From the NCBI GenBank assembly GCA_028534125.1, contig CM052818.1:30134001-30198000 (forward strand): a stretch of DNA of 64,000 bases, in the 5' to 3' direction. A program made the translations under genes and the position numbers. The notes under the pieces are model-generated. The model was given only the letters and a program-made list of their open reading frames with translations, was not told where the DNA came from and searched no databases. This document shows, in pieces, positions 48,788 through 62,749 of the stretch. Every line of letters starts with the position of its first letter. Positions within the stretch are counted from its first letter, which is position 1. The DNA comes from Lama glama. Taxonomy: Eukaryota.

Positions 48788-51559
48788 TAACTGAGGTATG
48801 ATACAAACCCTATTAGTACTGTAAAACACATTCTTCTGTAGGTAAACAACAGTGCCTATTGTCAACAGATCATAGATGCCATAGGAGTAAAAAGGTTTAA
48901 GCTATCAAAGAGGGAGTCAAGAAGGCTATATGGAGGTATAACCTGAATTTGGCCATGAGAGATAACTGGATGAGCAGAGAAGGAATAAGAAATAATTCCA
49001 GGGAAAAGAAAGGGCAGGGACAAAGGCATGGAAGCCCACGGCATCTGAAAGGCACAGAGTTCCTCTCCGAAAGTTGTAGGAGATAGGCTGGGACAAACTG
49101 CTAAGAGCATAAATATCAGGCCAAAAAAATATATCTTTTTAAACTTGTCTTTATCTTGTATGCAAGTGTTTCTTTACGCATGTTCTGTGGTATCTGGATC
49201 CTATGAGATGCACTCCACAAAAAGCTTTTGATATCACTAAATCTGGAAAATCCTGCATACTACAAATTCCACTTGGAATTTCACGAGTAATACTGGCATA
49301 CTGGGAATTCTGCTTTAAGGAAACTTGCTTAACACATTATTTACCAAACTTTTGTCGCCATGGAACTTCCCTTTGTGGAAACAATGATGAAGATACTTCT
49401 GTGGATCATAGAAAGCAAGTGAAGTTCCAGCAGATCAGTAAGGATTGCTGAATGCTGAAGAAATAGGAAATAGCAGAGATAGTTGAGCTGTGAAAATAAG
49501 GAAAAAGGGAAGTAGTAGATTTAATTAAAAATTCTGTCAATTAAGAAGGGACCTGAGTGATGGCAGAGATGGAAGAAACAGAGGAGACATAAAAAATGCC
49601 AGCGAGAAAAACAAAGAGGATGGTTCCAAAGGAAGAAAGAAGATAAGGGAATAAAAGCACTTGTAGAGGCTTATCCTTAGAAAGGAAGAAAGAAATCTTT
49701 CCTTTAAGATTTGGAGGAAAGATGAATGCTTCAATATAGATACAAAGATATTTAGAGGTAGAAAAATATGAGGATGGGAAAATGGCTATTGGGTGACTTA
49801 GACCATCTTTCTGTTCATGCCCTCTCCAACTACTTGCTGGATTTCTGTTGAATTAGTGTTGGCTTCAGCTCTAGCAGCACAACATCTTTATCTTAATCAC
49901 AAAGTATCATGTAGTCATGAAACATTTATGAAGTTCCTGCTATGTACCAGCCTCCATACTAGGCAACGGGTATGACACTGATAGGCAGTAAAACACAGCT
50001 TCCAAATCCAAGAAGCTCATGGTCTAAATCCACATTGTTTTAGGTCTGTGAAGATTGAGAAGCATAAAACACAGGGACTGCCTCCACCAATTACTGCACT
50101 TGCATAGTTCTTAAGTGAATATTCTTCCCTCTCTTCAGTCTGAAGAACTCTTATTTTTCCTTACAAAATTTACCTAATCTGTCTCTGAAGACTTCCTTGA
50201 TCCCTTACTACAGTTAACCACTTCCTCCTTTGAACTATATTTTTATAGCATTTATTATGTATAATGAATGTGTTAAATCCCTTTCTTATTACGCCACTTC
50301 TTGGTGTTAGGGGCACCAAGATGCAGTCCCTTGCACATGGAAGTACTCCCTCCATCCTACATATACAACACATCAGCTATCCTTCAAAGTTTGGCAAAAT
50401 ACTACCTCTATTAAACTGTCCCTAATCTTCCAGCTATTAAAAAGTTCCTCCTCTTCTGATCTCTCATAATATTCTAAATCAGTGCTTCTCAAGCTTTAAT
50501 GTGCATATGAATCACTGAAAGATCTTGTTACAATGTAAATTATGATTAAGGCAGATTCTGCATTACTAGCTCCCAGGTAATGCCAATGATGCTCATCTGT
50601 GGACATAAACCAGACAAAGAATTACTTATTTGTGTGATACAAAATAAAATCAAACGATTAACTTAAAGACTTCTATACTACACTTTACTAATGTATAACA
50701 GTATCATTACATTCTTGTATTTATACACATGCATTTCATTACTGCTTTTGGATACAGTTTCGTACCACCAACTTAAATATTCAGTATGGATTTCAACTTC
50801 ATTTATTTATTCATTTACTGGAGTATTCCCACATAGTCTATGTTCTTTTAACTTGTATTTATGGACCTTGCTTTTATACATATTATCTTAATAATTCTCG
50901 CAATATTCTTATAAGTGCGCTTTTCATTTTATGGGTGACAAAATGGAAGTTTATAGGAGCTATGTAATTTGGCCAATATCACATAGCTACTGTAAGAGTC
51001 AGAACTTTAACTGAAGTCTTCTGGCTCTAAATACAATAATTTTTTAGTTATACAATCCAAAATGTGTTAAGTTTTGTAGTCCCAAATATCAATGTCGTAT
51101 GAGATAGAAGCAAGCAGAAATCACTTATTCCTTCAACAAACAATTATTTTGTGATGTTTATATTCTGGGTTATGTGGTAGTTGCTGGGATAGAAAAGATT
51201 GGGGAAGCTTCTGTTTCCGAGGAACAGTTAAGCAAGGTTTTACCATGGAAGGAGTCTTTGAGTTCAGTCTTAAGTTTCAACTTGGGGTAAGGAGGAGAAA
51301 AGTATTCTAAGCATGAGGACCAGGCTATGCATACATATAAAAACAAACACGAACGCAATTTTAGAACAAAAGTATGTATGGACAAACAGTAAGGAAAAGT
51401 ATCATTAAAAAAGAGACAGACAGAATCTAGAAGGAAGGTATACGCTGAAAACATTTATAAGCTGAAAATATTCATGCTTTCAAATGTTTATGTTGGAAAA
51501 CAATAAAAAATAATTGTGGGGCCAGTTAATACTGAAACCCAAGCAGCAGCAGCACTGCT

Positions 51560-51765
51560 AACAAGTACTGGGCACTTAACTCTGCCAGATGTACTAAGTG
51601 CTTTGCATGTGCAAAATATTTGAGCACTTGGGTATTATTCTTCTCATTTGGATATAAGAAAACTGAGGTTAAGAGAGATTAAGTTACTTGCCCAACATGA
51701 CATAGATAGTAAATGGTAAAGCCAGGATGCAAATCCAGGACTCTATATTTCAGATACACTATTCA
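51560..51765 (-). mobile_element. MIR SINE
   Basis: AAAACTGAGGTTAAGAGAGATTAAGTTACTTGCCCAACATGACATAG..AAATGGTAAAGCCAGGATGCAAATCCAGG. Confidence 0.75.
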
Positions 51766-53109
51766 ATTTATAAAAATATAAGAAAAAGGCATCACAGAAC
51801 AGTAGCTCTTAATTCTAGATCCTTTATGTGGAAGTTACTGAACTTCTCTAAACCTCAGTTCCATTATAAAACATAGGAATAAAGCTCAGCAGGATTCTTA
51901 TATAGATCAAACAAGTCTTTGCTTAAAATGCTCTGCAAATTTAAACTGTATAATGTTATAATGAGGGTATCATTATACACATATCTATCCTTGTCTATAT
52001 ATACCTAGATATACAGAGAGTCTATATATCCCTGGAGGCAATATGGAGAAGTCTGAATCAACCTTATGGATTTTACTTATTCCACGTTTCTTGATTTGGT
52101 ACGTGGAGTTAATGGATTAGCTTGTTATATTATTGTCAAATTTTTTAGGCTTATTTAAGAAAGGTAATTCCTGGAGTAAGGGAGGATATGAAAAATATAA
52201 ATACATGAGTTTGAATAAACATCAGGTTCTGATACTCAATGACAGACAATTTTTTCTTAAAGTCTGGGAAATTAATGTTGATAGTCCTCCCCAAGCATTG
52301 TGCTACCAAATGTAGATGAAACAAATTAAAACATGCTGGGTTCCTGTATTTCACCAAATTTCCGTATTACGTGTAACCGTATCAGCTATGTTCTCTATGA
52401 GAAAAATTTTATTTTACATTTTAAATTATAACCAAAACTACAGCACTTTTTTAACTAATGCCACTCAAAAAGCAAAACGAGGAAAACAACAAAAAGGGAA
52501 AGCAAGCTATATTAACTGATGCACTAGGAAACTAGATTTCTGCGGAAATACTAGTTCTTTCTTTAGAATAAAAATTTCTATAGAGATGTATAATGTATTT
52601 TTTCACATGGAGCAGTAAGTCTGGTCATTGGAAAATTAGTTGTGTACAAGATCTAACAAAAGTAAAATCTGAAGACGACTAACCGAGAAAGATTTCAGTT
52701 ACAAAGAGTCTGGTAAGGAAGAGAGAAGAGGAAAACAAATTCTCCTATGCTGTAGAAAAATCTCTCCAGCACAAAAGCTTCCTCGAACCAGTATAAGAAA
52801 ATCTGCAGAAGCCACTGGGAACACCCTGGACTACAAGAAACTTCAAATATACCTGCGTCCAATTCTCTGAATACTGAGGTCAAACACCATAAAATAGGAG
52901 GAAAACTAGGGCGCAGGCAAGATATCAGATTCAATAAAAACCACAAACTCCACGAGGGAAGTTAGTATTTCCAGCGCCGAATCTAATCTCAGCAAAAAGT
53001 TATCTAAATAACAGGTCAAAACAGCTCTCCTTCCTCGTTCTCATTCTTTGATACCTTTCCCAGCTACTAACCATCCCTCTTCTGAGTAATAGCAAGTCAC
53101 TTTAAAAAT

Positions 53110-53880
<771 letters not shown>

Positions 53881-56304
53881 CTCAGTCTTGGCTGTTTTTG
53901 TTTCTTTTAAATCTCATCTCTTTTGGCTTCCCTTTATCTATTTCTTCCGTTTTTCTTAACTGGAGGGTTAAAGAATTTTAGAACTAGGGATGTTTTTGGA
54001 GGTCAGCCCTGGTGGAGGATCCCAAGATTTCATTACCCTTAGTCATTTCTTAATTGTATAGGATCTTGACTAAGTTACATATCACCTTTGAGCCTCAGTT
54101 TCCTCTCCTGTGAAATGAAGGGGACTGGACTGGATAATTTTTAAAAAGCAGATTACCTGTAAATTGCCACCCAAAGACTAGGGCTGTAATCAAGCCACAT
54201 TCGTTCATGAGGGAGGCCACCGAGGCCAGAAAAGACAAGGAAGGCACCAGAATAGGACTATGCCTAAATCTCCTGAACTCTAGTCCAGTGCTCCTTTCAC
54301 TACAAGGTGAAGATTGCTGGTAAACTTAGCAAAGTTCAAAAACCCACCCAGGTTTTTAAATGCTTAAATAAATATACTTAAATTTATTATCCAAGCTACA
54401 TAAATGTGACTTTCAATCTGGAGACACAGGGTTGAGCGTATATTGTGAGACAGACTTGGAGATCCATAGGAGAGCAATGGAAAGGCATGGCCATTAATTT
54501 ATAAAAATATATTGAAAACTTCCCCACAGGAGGTAACAATTAACTTGCTATTTAAAGGATGAGTAAAAATTTTTGGCCAAAGAGGGGTGGGAGGCTGGCA
54601 GCCTGAGCCATAACATTCCAAAGATCGTTTCATGGGCTTAGGAAACTGCAAGTCATTTAGTTTACTTGGAGTTTAGGTTAGTTACATGGAAGAGAACAGC
54701 TACATAGGAGATTGCATGACTAAGTAAGTAGAGGTAATTATCTCATTAATTACATACAAAAAATGCTTTTGCAGAATCAGCATTTTAAAAACTAGAAAAT
54801 AGTATGTTCACTTTTAAAATATAAATAGGCTAATACAGGCTTATCCTCAGTAAAATGTGGTGTAAAATCAGATACTAACCCAAGCCCCTCTCATTTTTTT
54901 CTCTCAAGACCTTTCTCAATGCTCCTGAGTCCACTGACCCGGAAATCTGGAGCATCAGTTGTTGGGAGGGGGAAGACCCTCCTCCCTAGCTTCCAGAGGC
55001 TTTCTTGTAGCATTCAGGAAGTCTGAAATTCCCAGCCCTCCAGAAGGAGAGGGGAGAAGCAGAGAAAAAGCCAGTATGTCAGGTAGAGGTGGTTAACACT
55101 CATGCAAAGGTCCAGATATAAACTGCTGACATGGAGCAAGAGGAAGAAGGAGCCACATCTTAGCAGTCTAGCAACATCAGGCAAGCAGGTAGGATCCACA
55201 TCAAGAAATGGAACTTATACACCACCCAAGCCAAACAGAACATTCAGGATGAATACATCAGCAAGAAGTCCCAGCAGAGGAACTGAGCTGAGAAGAGGAT
55301 TCTGATCCTCTTTATTGCTGTTAGAGGCAGAACTTAGAATACATCCCAGAAAGGAAAGAGGGGGAAAACAAATAAAAAGATTGCCTGCAGACATCTAAAC
55401 TCAGCTATGGAAACTTTCTTGAAGTTTTTCCTTCTCTCTGACAAATACTTCCAGTTATTTCAAATGTTAATATTAGGACAGGATTTCAGTCCCCTTGAAA
55501 ATCAATATTCTGTCCTCCCATATTTAGTTTATCCTACTAGAGCCTCTTTTATATTACTGTGTCTGAATTATTAGGCCAATTGTAAGGGGTGAGGATGAGG
55601 AATTAAAAATTTATTTTTATATTACATATATACATATATATATATATATGAAGCTGAGAATAGTAGATGTAATGTATACCTATTTCCTAAAAGAATCAGT
55701 CGAGAAGGTTTGACCCTCCTTTATTAAGGCATATTAGAAAGTTGCCAAACATGGGTTGACCCAATAACTTCCCCTGAGAGTCAGGGGCAGAAGACTAGCA
55801 AAATTCTAGAACAATCATTAGAGTTATGAGTTACAAGCCCCCAGGGAGAAAATTATTGTGACTTTTCCCCTCCTTCCCCCTTAAATTGAGAGTCACAGAA
55901 GTCACAGAAGAGCACTCATGTAGGACATTTAGATATAGTAGCTCAGACAATGTTCAAACAACCCTGGAGCAAGCTGGATAGTCACCATTTTACTGCTAAG
56001 AAGCTTAAGTGACTTGTTTTAGTTGCAAGATGGAACCCACACTTGAACTCAGGTCTTTTGGCTCCAGAATCCTGGGCAATTCCATTCTGCCACACTCTCA
56101 GGAGAATAAAGGGTGGGGAGAGACTGGGAGGAAGAGCAAAAGGGCAAGAGAGTACATTATTCATTCTAAATACATTGATAACGCCTGACTGCAAATCCAT
56201 TTGCAAAGGGGGGTCAAGACCTTTGATGATGTGATGAGACCACATGGAGGATGTACTTGAATGAATGTGGATATAATTTTGCTCATTTTACCATAATATA
56301 CTAT

Positions 56305-56753
56305 AGCATTAGTCTTCTGTGGCTGCTGTACCAAAATACCATACACTGGATGGCTTAAACCAACAGAAATTTATTCTCTCACATTCTGGAGGCCAGATGT
56401 CCAACATCAGCATCACTGGGCTGAAATCAAGTTAGCAGGACCACACTCTTTCTGGAGGTTCTAGAGAAGAATCCATTTTCTGCCTCTTCTTGCTTCAGGT
56501 GGCTACCAGCATTCCCTGGCGCACGGCCACTCAATCTCTGCATCCATGGTCACATTGTCTTCTCTTTTTCTATCTGTTTCATATCTCCTTCTGTCTCTCT
56601 TTTATAAGGACACTTTTGGTTGCATTTTGTGCTTCCCAGATAATCCAGGATTATCTCCACAACTCAAGACCCTTAATTTAAACACATCTACAGATACAAC
56701 ATTTATAGATTCCAGGGATTAAGACCTGATATATTTGGGTGGCCCACCACAAC
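56305..56753 (-). mobile_element. MaLR LTR (MLT1B/C-like)
   Basis: GCTGCTGTACCAAAATACCATACACTGGATGGCTTAAACCAACAGAAATTTATTCTCTCAC...ATAATCCAGGATTATCTCC..TCAAGACCCTTAATTTAA. Confidence 0.8.
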
Positions 56754-57204
56754 ACATTTCTACATTTTCCCTGTCTATCCCTGTATCCTGTATCCTGTAA
56801 CATCATTTGTTATTACAAAGTAATAGGTGTTATAGAAAATCAGAATATACAGATAAAAGAAGAAAACTTAAAATTGCCCCCCAAGAGATAAGTATTGTTA
56901 ATATTTTGGTGCCTCTCTCTACAGTTTTTCTCAATGAATACACATTTACATAAAGGTTTCATTAAATTTTTAAAAAATCCAGCTGCTAGCACAGCCCCTG
57001 ATCCCACTTCAGAGAAGCCCACCCCACAAGTTGGAAAATGTTGTTACTCCATAGAAAAATCAGAATGTAGAAATATACTTAGGGCAAAACTTAGCTACCC
57101 CTCTATGTCAGATGAGTTAATTTCAGAGTGCTCTGTCTGAAGTGAGAAGTTACATAACATAAGAAGTTCATGGTAGATTGTGTAAATATGGGGAAAGAGT
57201 ACGC

Positions 57205-57476
57205 AAGCATGTCTTTCTCAAGAGACGGGCCAAGGAGATTTCTCCATTTCGGGAGCTGAGTGTAAACTGGCTTCCTGGAGTTTGTGACCACAAGCTCAGA
57301 ATGTGTGTGTGCGGGTGGGAGCCTGTGACTCTTCAGAGTAAGGAGGCTGCCCCATGCAGCTTCAGTGGGGTGGACTGATGGTGGCGGTCCATTTGCTCTG
57401 TGCTTATCTTGCCCGGGACTCTGGTGACTGAGAGTTTGCATTTGCAAGAATGCTCCTGGGATCCGAGGTACGGATG
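57205..57476 (+). other. NLRC4: Probable non-coding first exon (5'UTR) of NLRC4
   Basis: Colinear resemblance to my recollection of the human NLRC4 5'UTR (GAGATTTCT..AGCTGAGT..CTGG.TTCCTGGAGT.TGTGA.CACAA ... CTG.TGACTGAGAG ... CTGGGAT.C.AG). Candidate donors GAG|GTACGG (57468) and ATG|GTAAGC (57477). Orientation and position match the known head-to-head NLRC4/YIPF4 arrangement. No NLRC4 coding exon seen in the window. Confidence 0.62.
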
Positions 57477-58642
57477 GTAAGCATGACTTTGACTACAGTA
57501 GCAATAAACTTTAACTGACCAAACCAGCTCACTTCATTTCTCTCTCTTGCTCGGTTAATTATTAAAATTAATACAATTAAATGTTCAAAAAGCTTTGTTT
57601 TCATTTTAAGCTATAGAATAAATAAACTAACAGCAAGAGGATTCATATATTGTGAATAAACAGGAAACAAATGAGTAATTCCTTTCCTGATATGAAGTTC
57701 CAGCTCCTGCATCTTCAAGTTCAAGTTTTACTTCTTTCTCTGGCTACTTGTACTTACACTCATCTTGCTTGTGTCCAAACCATTCTTACTATGCTTTGAA
57801 GAAAAAAAAAAAGAAAAGAAAAAAGAACTTGTCAGTGTTTGCCCTTCTCTTACAGTCTCATGCCACAGAACAGGAAGGCTTCAGATCTATAGGAACACCA
57901 GCCTTTGCTGTGAAACAGAAAGCCAATAAAAAGAAACTTTATTTTAAAAACGTCGTTTGATCCACCAAGAAGAGGGCAACTTGATTGCTCAGCCAGGTAC
58001 TGTGGGGAGAAAGAATGGGATTTTTAGTGGGTTTTGGAACCAAATATTAAAATTTGGATTTACATTCATTTAAAGTTTGTGTCGGGGGTATGAAAGCCTT
58101 AACACTGAAGAATGCGGTTTTGCATGGCTGACTGGCTTTGCTTTCACGGAGAATTTTAGGTGTGGTTAGTCTGGTCTGCTGGGATTTCATCGGGTTCTTC
58201 AGAACTGATGTTTGAATGCACATTAAGTCATTAAGTCAAAGGGATGCACTTGTGCTTGCTGTGAGACAAAGAGAGGGAAAAGACTGAAAATACTTTTTGG
58301 CCTTATAGAAATGAATCCTACTCTCGTTTGTGAGGCTATTGTTAGAGCTGCAGAAGGTCAGACCTGAAAAGACCTAGGGGCACTGCTTAGTCCATCCACT
58401 CCCCTGAATTACTAGAAGGCTGATATCTGGACAGAGAAGTGAAGGGAACCGCCATTCACCCTATTGTTAGGGTCTTTACAGACTTTCAGTTAATCCTTAT
58501 GACTCTGGAGTAGAGAGGTGGCAAATGTGGAAAGAAGTCAAGTGACTTGCTGCAGGTCACGCAGCTGTCTACACAAGTAGGACAGAACCCTGTCTCCTGT
58601 CACTGTTCTTTTAACAGCTCAGCGCACTTCTAGAATACTAAT

Positions 58643-59050
58643 TGTGTTCATCTGCTCAGGCTACCATAACAAAATACCACAGCCCGGGTGGCTTAAAAAA
58701 CAGAAAGTTATTTTCTCACAGTTCTGTAGCCCAGAAGTCCAAGGTCAAAGTTGCAGCAGGTGTAGCTTCTCCTCTGCAGCTGTCCTTGGCTTGCAGATGG
58801 CTGCCTTCTCCCTGTGTCCTCCCGGGACGATCTCTCTTTGGGGCATGCATCTCTGGGGTCTCTGTGCATCTAATCTACTCCTCTTGAAAGGACACCAGGC
58901 AGATTGCTTTTGGGCCCACCCTAAAGGCCTCATTTTAATTTAATTGCATCTTTAAAGGCCCCCCCAAGTACAGTCACATTTTGAGGTACTGGGGGGTTAG
59001 GGCTTCAACATGTGGATTTGGGTGGAACACAATTCAGCCCATAATAGTAA
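58643..59050 (-). mobile_element. MaLR LTR (MLT1A0-like)
   Basis: CTGCTCAGGCTACCATAACAAAATACCACAGCCCGGGTGGCTTAAA...TTGAGGTACTGGGGGTTAGGGCTTCAACATG..ACACAATTCAGCCCATAA. Confidence 0.85.
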
Positions 59051-60784
59051 CAATAATAAGTGAGATTGCTGGAGTCTGTTGGAGATCTTAGACCATTCTA
59101 GTTTAGAGCCCTTTTACTAGAAAGGGAGACAGATAATGCCCACTGGCCATGTCTGTCTCAACTGCTTTCTCGGTGAATCTTCACAACAGTCTTAGGCAGT
59201 AGGTATTATTCATGTCAGTGTTTCAGATGAAGAAAGCAAGACTCAGGAAGGGTACCATCTAATTAGCAGCAGAATGAGGCTTTGAATTCAGGACTGCAAT
59301 GACGAAGCTCACACACATTTTCCACTTTTGTGTGCTGCCTCTCTGCTCCCATTATATATATATAAATTTCTCTCATTTGTTGTAGGCATGACTCCATAGA
59401 TGTGGGTTTTATGGTCCTGAAGAACTCTAGTTCTCTAAGGAACGCATGTAACTATTTTGAAGAAATATTCATTTTTTAGAATTAGTTCTAAAAATTATTT
59501 TCCAAAGCACAAATATAGGAAAAGGACTTCTTCCACGTGACTCAATTATTCACTGGACATCTTGCTTAAGAGTGGGGGTGGGGAAGGTGTTCAGAGCCAT
59601 AGCCACCGTCTAGGGGAGAAAACTGGCCACAGCCTTGTCCTTTATGCCAGTGGGTAACTGACAGTAGACTACCTGAGTTTCAGATTACAGGATGATTTTA
59701 TTCTTGAGAGCAACTAGGAACTAGTCACCGATCTCTGATCTAGTCACAGACGTCTTCTCTGTGGGTAGGAAGACTATTCAGTATCCAAACGGAATATGAA
59801 TTTTGAGCATCTTCAGAATCAGCTGAGATTCCTGCTTGATGATCCATGTAGCAATTTTAATTTATTATTATAGCAGACAAAGTGACTGGAGGGCTAACTC
59901 TGGGATTGGTTTATTCAGTTTGCATGTGAATATAAACAACTTCTCAGCTCCTTCCTCTATCTTCTTCCTCTTTTTTCTGTTCTCACTTAAGCTCTGACCC
60001 AGTCAAGGAAGGTCTGATTCCTCCCATTTTTAGGGGAGTGGGTGGAAAGGGAGGAAAGAAACTCAAGTAGCTGCTATTCTTTCCATGTACCAGTCACCAT
60101 CCCTTGATTAAGGACTCTCAGCCCGTCGGTGGTAGAGCTGGAATTTGAACTCAATCTTGGCACTCACTGAGTTGTCCCAGTCTTCATTTTCAGACTCTTT
60201 ACCCCATGGCTCCTTCCCTCTGCTGCTTCATCTGCTTGCATAATAAGAAATTCATCTGACATCACTACCCAGTGCCAGGATGCAGAAATAACTGAAACAT
60301 GAAAAAAGTGCATTCCGAGAGTTTTAATTCTATTTTGCTTTTTTAGAATATACTAATTGTAACACACTTAAATTGATATCATGACCTGCTAATGAGTTCA
60401 CCAGTTTAAAAAACTGCCCTAGAAAATGCTCTTTCTTCCTCTGACAGCTTTTCTTGCTTGTCTCATCTCTGAAAGCCTCAGAGCCTCTGGCTCATCACAC
60501 AGACACGCTGGGGCCCAGTTCTTTGGTACCCCATCCATTAGCCATTTAAGAAGAAGTTTCATTTAAATCTCATTTATTTGTCCAGTGATACAAAGCTTGG
60601 CCCTAAAAGCATGACTGTTTGTATCTTGGCTCGGTATACCGAGCGTATTTGACATTTAAATAAATCATTTCGAACACCTCCTTCCTTTATATAATTGTAT
60701 TTTCAATAATAATCATATAACAAAGTTAACAATAGTAATGGCTAGGAAAGAAACTCAGACAGTGACAATTTTCTTTTCTTCTTA

Positions 60785-61156
60785 AATTTTAATTGTGGTA
60801 AAATGCATGTAACATGAAATTTACCATCTTAACCATTTTCAAGTGTATAGCTCAGTAGCAGTAGGTGTATTCACATTGTTGTACAATCTCCAGAACTTCT
60901 GCATCTTGCAAAATTGAAAGTCTGTATCCATTAAGCAGCAGTTCCTCATTTTCTCTTCCTCATAGCCCCTGGGTGACCACCATTCTATTTTCTGTTTCTA
61001 TGAATTTGGCTATTCTAGATATTTAATATAAGTTAAAACATACAGTATTCATCTTTTTCTGACTAGCTTATTTCACTTAGCACAATGTCTTCAAGTTTCG
61101 TCCATATGGTAGCTTATGACAGGACTTCCTTCCTTAAAACTGAATAATATTCCGTC

Positions 61157-61190
<34 letters not shown>

Positions 61191-61655
61191 CACATCTTGT
61201 TTATCCATTCATCCACTGATTATCACTTGGGTTGCTGCTACCTTTTGACTGTCATGAATAATGCTACTATGAATACAGATGTACAAATATCTCTTCAAGA
61301 CCTTGCTTTAAATTTTTTGGGTATTTCCCGAAAGTGAAACTGTGGGATCATACAGTAATTCTATTTTAAATTTTCTGAAGAACTATATTCTATAACAGCT
61401 GCACCATTTTACATTCCTACCAAAGTGCAGAGTTCCAGTTTCTCCACATCCTTGCCAACATTTGTTATTCTCTGTTTTTGTTTTTAATAGCAGTCATTCT
61501 AATGGGTTCGAGGTGATATCTCATTGTGGTTTTGATCTGCATTTCCCTAGTGATTAGTGATATTAAGCATCTTTTCATGTGCTTGTTGGCCATTTGTGTA
61601 TCTTCTTTGGAGACATGTCTATTTAAATTCTTTGTCCATTTTTGAATCTGGTGTT
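60785..61655 (-). mobile_element. L1MA/L1MB-type 3' region
   Basis: TTTTAATTGTGGTAAAAT..AACATGAAATTTACCATCTTAACCATTTTCAAGTGTATAG...GGCCATTTGTGTATCTTCTTTGGAGA. Confidence 0.85.
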
Positions 61656-62159
61656 GTTTTATAGTAACAATTTTATTTTATTGAACTTCATGTCTGTATA
61701 ATCATGCAGTAAAATAAATAAATAAATAGAGTAAATATCACAGTATAAAAAGGGAAAAACTTATTCTTACATATTAGTCCAGCATAGTAATAATTAATAA
61801 TACACTTTCTCAATCCTTACCTTCTGCAACTTTGTCAATGACTTTAGCAAACTGATCATTTTGCATATTTGTGTTCAATAGACAGTCTTGCCAGAATTGT
61901 CAATATATCTTTGATCACAGTTGAAGAAGACTTTTTAAAAATTTTAATTTCAAAAAGTTTCTTTCACATGAGGTATCAAATAAAAAATAGTTATTAAGTC
62001 TTAAACATAAGGATAAGTTTAACAGAAATTCATAAATATTCTATTTCACATTATATCCAGAACTTGATTGATTTTACTACAATCTATGCCCTTGCCTTTT
62101 TACTTGGGAATTGATTCTAATGACTTTTAAATGTCTCTTTAGTAAATTAAATAAACACT

Positions 62160-62749
62160 CCCTCAGGTGTAAAGCTAGCAGAGGATACAGTGGGGTATTT
62201 CCCTCTCCTGGGTCAGTTGGGCTCTGTTAATATCCCAGTAGGTGAGACTCTGATAAAGTAATTGATGCTGAGGTCAGGCATTGTGAGGAAATATAGAATG
62301 TTCTGGGCATATTTCGAAATGATTACTTTCTCCCTCCCCTTGCTGGAAGCAAGAGTATTTTTCTCTGCTCTTCACTATGAGAATTTGCTAGGGCTCCTGG
62401 AGGTAAAACTCACACAAGCATGGGGGTCTTCCTAAGACTGGCCCCTCCTGGTGATTTCATCTGTCAGACTTGTCCACACTGACCCTCTAGGAATTGGTCA
62501 ATTAATTTACGGTTTCCTACCTGGATACTGGTCCCTCACAGGAGTGTCTGCTCCTTGTGGGTTTTCTGCTCCAATAAGTAGTGATTTTGTAGCTGCCTGT
62601 CTCTTCCATTCGGGGGCAGCAGTTTGCCCTGTGACTTCAATTCTCTGATAGATATAAGAGTTGTTCATTTTCAGTTTATTCAGCTTTTTACTTGATGTTA
62701 GGATGGAGTTACAACTTCCCTGCCTGCCAGACCAGAAATCAGAAGCCAA
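62160..62749 (-). mobile_element. Ancient L1 5'UTR segment
   Basis: Minus strand begins GGCTTCTGATTTCTGGTCTGGCAGG...AAAAAGCTGAATAAACTGAAAATGAACAACTC..GAAGTCACAGGGCAAACTGCTGCCCC, typical of L1MC/MD 5' ends. Confidence 0.65.
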
